Below, piece by piece: positions 23,432 to 25,175 of a stretch of DNA of 25,175 bases (positions are counted from its first letter, which is position 1; each line of letters opens with the position of its first letter). The notes under the pieces are model-generated. The model did no database searches and had not been told where the DNA came from. It was given only the letters and a program-made list of their open reading frames with translations. The stretch comes from a virus (lineage: Duplodnaviria > Caudoviricetes). Location: the IMG/VR virus record IMGVR_UViG_3300037631_001279, positions 1-25,175 of that record; one strand, 5' to 3'. Both the position numbers and the translations under genes were made by a program.

Positions 23432-24009
23432 TGATTGCAAATGATATGATAAAAGAGGTGCGTAAGCATTTCGGTATTGACCCATCTCTCCGCACACGGC
23501 GGAGGGATGTGGTTGATGCTCGGAACGCTATTATGGTATCTCTACGTTCCATTCATACGATGAATGAGATCGCTCGCTTCTTTCCGTACAAGGTGCGCAG
23601 AGATGGTGAGGTATTCTATAAGGGTATGAGCCATTGCTCAGTCATTCACGCCGTGAAGCAGCATCAAATACGCTACCACAGCGACCCATCAGAACGCCAA
23701 GCATCTTACTACCTGTACTGCGAGATTTATGACTATTGCAAGAACTACCTCGGTGATAACACCTACAAGCCGATGTCTCAATTAGAGATGCGTGAGGAGA
23801 TAGGTAAGGCACGTTATGAGGCAAAGGAAAAAAAGAAAGAGATGGCAGAGCTGCAACGCGCATTTAAGGATGAAATCAAGCAGATGAAAAGAGAGATGCG
23901 TATGCTGCAAACGGCAGTGCGCAAGGTGACCTCCGAGCGCGACCATTACAAAACGGCCTTTACTCAAATGTATAAGGAGAAAAAAGCAAGAGATGAAAAA
24001 GCTATTTAG
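23431..24009 (+). CDS. DnaA domain IV (Bac_DnaA_C)-like DNA-binding protein with C-terminal coiled coil
   Basis: 'RTRRRDVVDARNAIM...TMNEIARFF...SHCSVIHAVKQ' parallels DnaA 'R.R.IV..RQIAM...L.EIG..F..RDHTTV.HA'. No AAA+ domain. Confidence 0.7.
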   Translation: MIANDMIKEVRKHFGIDPSLRTRRRDVVDARNAIMVSLRSIHTMNEIARFFPYKVRRDGEVFYKGMSHCSVIHAVKQHQIRYHSDPSERQASYYLYCEIYDYCKNYLGDNTYKPMSQLEMREEIGKARYEAKEKKKEMAELQRAFKDEIKQMKREMRMLQTAVRKVTSERDHYKTAFTQMYKEKKARDEKAI

Positions 24010-24187
24010 AAAGGTGGCGCATAAGCGCTACATTGAAAAGTACATCACTGAGCTACGCTGGGAAACACTGAACACGGTGATAACGGCGAGCAGAACGCAG
24101 TGGAATGATGATGTTGTGAAGCTGTTGGATAACAACGCGCAGCTTATCCGTAAATACGAAAGGAGAAGAAGATGGGTGAAGTTTTAA
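23993..24187 (+). CDS. hypothetical basic protein
   Basis: 64-aa ORF overlapping both neighbours on the same strand. Confidence 0.6.
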   Translation: MKKLFRKVAHKRYIEKYITELRWETLNTVITASRTQWNDDVVKLLDNNAQLIRKYERRRRWVKF

Positions 24188-24489
24188 ATAAGTACAACGT
24201 ATTCAAAGAGGCCGTTAAACTTGTGGCGCTGCTACAGGCATCTCTTGAGCAGATGGATGAGTTAAAGGGCACCAAGTTCTACAAGCAAAAGGTCAAGAGC
24301 CTAATGAGCCAGCTCGAGAGAGAGTTGGAGAAGCACCTGGCCAACCCATTGAACGCCCTGGATCAACAAGACCCCGAACTACTAACCAAGATTCAGTACA
24401 ATGTAGAGCTTGTTCTTGGTATGGACTTGGAAGAGCTGGCAATGCTCCGCCAAGAGATTGATGAGTATAGAGCTGGGAAAGACGGGTAA
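24172..24489 (+). CDS. hypothetical helical protein
   Basis: 105-aa ORF, amphipathic helices, in tandem with upstream genes. Confidence 0.65.
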   Translation: MGEVLNKYNVFKEAVKLVALLQASLEQMDELKGTKFYKQKVKSLMSQLERELEKHLANPLNALDQQDPELLTKIQYNVELVLGMDLEELAMLRQEIDEYRAGKDG

Positions 24490-24687
24490 TGCTTATCCCT
24501 ATGTACAAAACAAGGCTAAAATCCTCACAATAAAAAGACTGAAATATTCACAATGTATGTTTAAACAGACTGAATGTCGCTTATTTGCATCATTAATGAG
24601 CGTTTAAGCATATAATGATGGGTTTATCAGTCAAATTATAGGCGCACACATATAAAAATGGGCGCAAACCTTTAACACCAAAGAGAA

Positions 24688-24900
24688 ATGAACTACATAA
24701 AAATAGCAAAATGGTTTTATCAGCAAGGGCGTGATGACCAAGTATACGATAAGAGTAGAACTTTTGAAGAGGCTTTGAATCATTACATAGAAACCCAAAA
24801 CGCCAAAGAGGAGTTCAAAAGAACTTACCAAAAGCGTACTAAAAAACTTGGAATGTTTCTTTGCCCTTATTTTGAAACCTTTAACACCAAAGAGAAATGA
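24688..24900 (+). CDS. hypothetical protein (ends FNTKEK)
   Basis: 70-aa ORF bounded by junction repeats. Confidence 0.65.
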   Translation: MNYIKIAKWFYQQGRDDQVYDKSRTFEEALNHYIETQNAKEEFKRTYQKRTKKLGMFLCPYFETFNTKEK

Positions 24901-25061
24901 AAATATCTGTTGAATATTGGGACTACACTTGTGGAGATGGGTGTTGTTATGATTGGGGGTATGATGTTTTTGTAGACGGAGAAAAGATTGGACAGATTAA
25001 CGACACCCCTGAAGAGTTAGCAGATTTATTAAATGAATACTTTAACAGCAAAGAGAAATGA
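24897..25061 (+). CDS. hypothetical 54-aa protein with CGDGCC motif (not in ORF track)
   Basis: MKISVEYWDYTCGDGCCYDWGYDVFVDGEKIGQINDTPEELADLLNEYFNSKEK*, bounded by junction repeats. Confidence 0.7.
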   Translation: MKISVEYWDYTCGDGCCYDWGYDVFVDGEKIGQINDTPEELADLLNEYFNSKEK

Positions 25062-25175
25062 AAACACCAATGCAAGAACTGATTGAGCAAATGTGGGAAA
25101 TAGCCAAGTACGGCGACTCTTACGAGGTTGCTCCGTGTATTGAGGCAGCAGAGGCGATGCTTGAGAAAGAGAAAG
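25058..25175 (+). CDS. hypothetical protein, truncated by window end
   Basis: MKTPMQELIEQMWEIAKYGDSYEVAPCIEAAEAMLEKEK..., starting inside the third junction repeat. Confidence 0.6.
   Translation, partial: MKTPMQELIEQMWEIAKYGDSYEVAPCIEAAEAMLEKEK

Larger units (their letters stand above)
24666..25061 (+). repeat. gene-junction direct repeats (AAAC)CTTTAACA[C/G]CAAAGAGAAATGA x3
   Basis: Identical 26-mers at 24666-24691 and 24875-24900, and a 22-mer with one mismatch at 25040-25061. Each contains the ATG of the next gene. Confidence 0.9.

Noticed and set aside
24490-24665. Gene or pseudogene in the gap before the first junction repeat
   Set aside because: Only very short ORFs in the + frames; track ORF 24410..24607 overlaps the upstream gene out of frame and has no motif.
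24666-25061. 26-bp direct repeats as a CRISPR or mini-CRISPR array
   Set aside because: The intervening sequences are 183 and 139 bp and encode ORFs, the repeats are non-palindromic and contain start/stop codons, and there are no cas genes.

Overview
About 25 kb of a tailed dsDNA phage genome (HK97-fold head, non-contractile siphovirus-type tail). All credible genes are on the + strand. The host is probably Bacteroidota (Flavobacteriia-like), inferred from TTG-N19-TAnnTTTG promoters, A-rich leaders without Shine-Dalgarno motifs and a DUF5675-type endolysin. Gene order: DNA methyltransferase, terS, HNH endonuclease, terL, a small moron, portal, multi-domain prohead protease, major capsid protein, head-tail genes, tail tube, chaperones with a -1 frameshift, tape measure, tail-tip protein, an 8x Ig-like repeat adhesin, a lysis region, then early/replication genes (gp2.5-like SSB, DnaA domain-IV-like protein, small ORFs). 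The most striking feature is a complete two-component signalling module inside the lysis cassette, between the holin candidates and a unimolecular spanin. It comprises a membrane-anchored PAS histidine kinase, a stand-alone receiver, a coiled-coil/2TM protein, a 1TM protein and a CxxC micro-protein, all tightly coupled. Other notable signals are a two-copy ~150-bp non-coding element with compensatory base-pair changes, an H-type pseudoknot just upstream of the SSB gene, a 15-bp putative late-promoter motif, and 22-26-bp repeats at the junctions of small early genes. All functional calls come from motif recognition by eye; no database searches were run.
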